Assembly (NCBI GenBank): GCA_012519525.1
Contig: JAAYQB010000143.1
Location: 1 to 37,784 of the forward strand
Reading direction: 5' to 3'
Length of the DNA: 37,784 nt
Source of the DNA: Bacteroidales bacterium
GTDB lineage: Bacteria > Bacteroidota > Bacteroidia > Bacteroidales > WCHB1-69
How positions within the stretch are numbered: the first letter of the stretch is position 1; every line of letters starts with the position of its first letter. The translations under genes and the position numbers were made by a program. Positions 37,228-37,784 of this stretch are shown in pieces. Below the pieces are notes generated by a model. That model ran no database searches and was not told where the DNA came from. It saw only the letters and a program-made list of their open reading frames with translations.

Positions 37228-37784
37228 ATGGACAGAAAAACAAGAAAAGAAATTCGCCAATTGGTGAAAACAGAACAGCTTAAGGGAAAAGCCGATAAAG
37301 ATATTCATGCCGATTTAGTAGAAAAATACGGATATAGAAAAACAATAGCAAAAATTATTGTAACTACAGTAAAGCCGGAGTATAAAAACAAACATCGTTT
37401 GTATGCCGGAATTCTTCTTGCCTTTGCAATCCTTATTGTGTTATTCAATGTATGGAGAATATGGTATGGTTTTTTAAATGGTAGCGAGGCTTTTTATGAA
37501 AACAGTTATCTTATCAGAAAATTCATATTTTCTATTCTTTTCCTTGCTATGTTTTTTTCAACAGTATTACTAAAAAAAGATCTTACTTTTTATGGAATTT
37601 CAATCTATGCTTATCTTTTTTTAATTCCATTTCTTTTATTTCTTAGTGAAGCAATTATTAAGTGTTTAGGAATTAGTTATTTAGGATTAGAAATCCTTTA
37701 TGTGGATTTAATAGCTATGATTTTCTTAAGCTTACTTGCTTGGTTTTTTCAGCGAAAAATATTTCCCAACTACCGATACGGAAA
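37228..37784 (+). CDS. hypothetical polytopic membrane protein (5' partial view; runs off the window)
   Basis: Open frame from ATG 37228 to the window end (not in the ORF track because it has no stop). Basic N-terminus MDRKTRKEIRQLVK, followed by at least 4 hydrophobic helices. TAGCTTTG box 72 nt upstream. Confidence 0.55.
   Translation, partial: MDRKTRKEIRQLVKTEQLKGKADKDIHADLVEKYGYRKTIAKIIVTTVKPEYKNKHRLYAGILLAFAILIVLFNVWRIWYGFLNGSEAFYENSYLIRKFIFSILFLAMFFSTVLLKKDLTFYGISIYAYLFLIPFLLFLSEAIIKCLGISYLGLEILYVDLIAMIFLSLLAWFFQRKIFPNYRYG

Noticed and set aside
1-37784. Scan for rRNA, tRNA, CRISPR arrays, transposases, integrases, toxin-antitoxin pairs and restriction-modification genes
   Set aside because: I found no cloverleaf-capable GC-rich segments, no regularly spaced direct repeats, and no ORF with recombinase, RT, nuclease or methylase motifs. 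The only repeat structures are those reported at 22-264 and 22083-22122.

Overview
AT-rich chromosomal core region of a Bacteroidota genome, probably Bacteroidales-like. The evidence is the gene order porP-porK/gldK-L-M-N, TAnnTTTG -7 promoter boxes 20-70 nt upstream of most operon starts, and glycine-lipid glsA/glsB-type genes. I call 34 coding regions, almost all recognisable housekeeping genes: AMP-nucleosidase-type phosphorylase, an ABC-2 exporter pair, tig-clpP-clpX, tsaE, rarA, ychF, a NifU-like gene, a cation/H+ antiporter, uvrD/pcrA, a TauE exporter, nadE, recG, dusB, engB, rplY/ctc and dCMP deaminase. A complete type IX secretion core operon (porP, gldK, gldL, gldM, gldN) lies at 22.2-28.5 kb. 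I found no rRNA, tRNA, CRISPR array, transposase, integrase or obvious defence island. I see no convincing new multi-gene system, so this looks like an ordinary core region. The loci most worth a second look are: (1) a ~240 bp element at 22-264, built of mirror-image GC-rich palindrome/G-tract arms around an orphan minus-strand terminator; (2) a tightly packed minus-strand operon of P-loop kinase, dCMP-deaminase-family protein and MauE/DoxX-thioredoxin membrane protein (34.9-36.9 kb); (3) the DUF1599 tandem-repeat protein coupled to a DoxX/MauE-thioredoxin-like membrane protein (19.2-21.1 kb); (4) an 814-aa secreted multidomain protein of unknown function with its own promoter, inserted between ychF and rarA; (5) tandem direct repeats at the promoter of the T9SS operon. 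All functional calls rest on motif and family recognition by eye. No searches were run.
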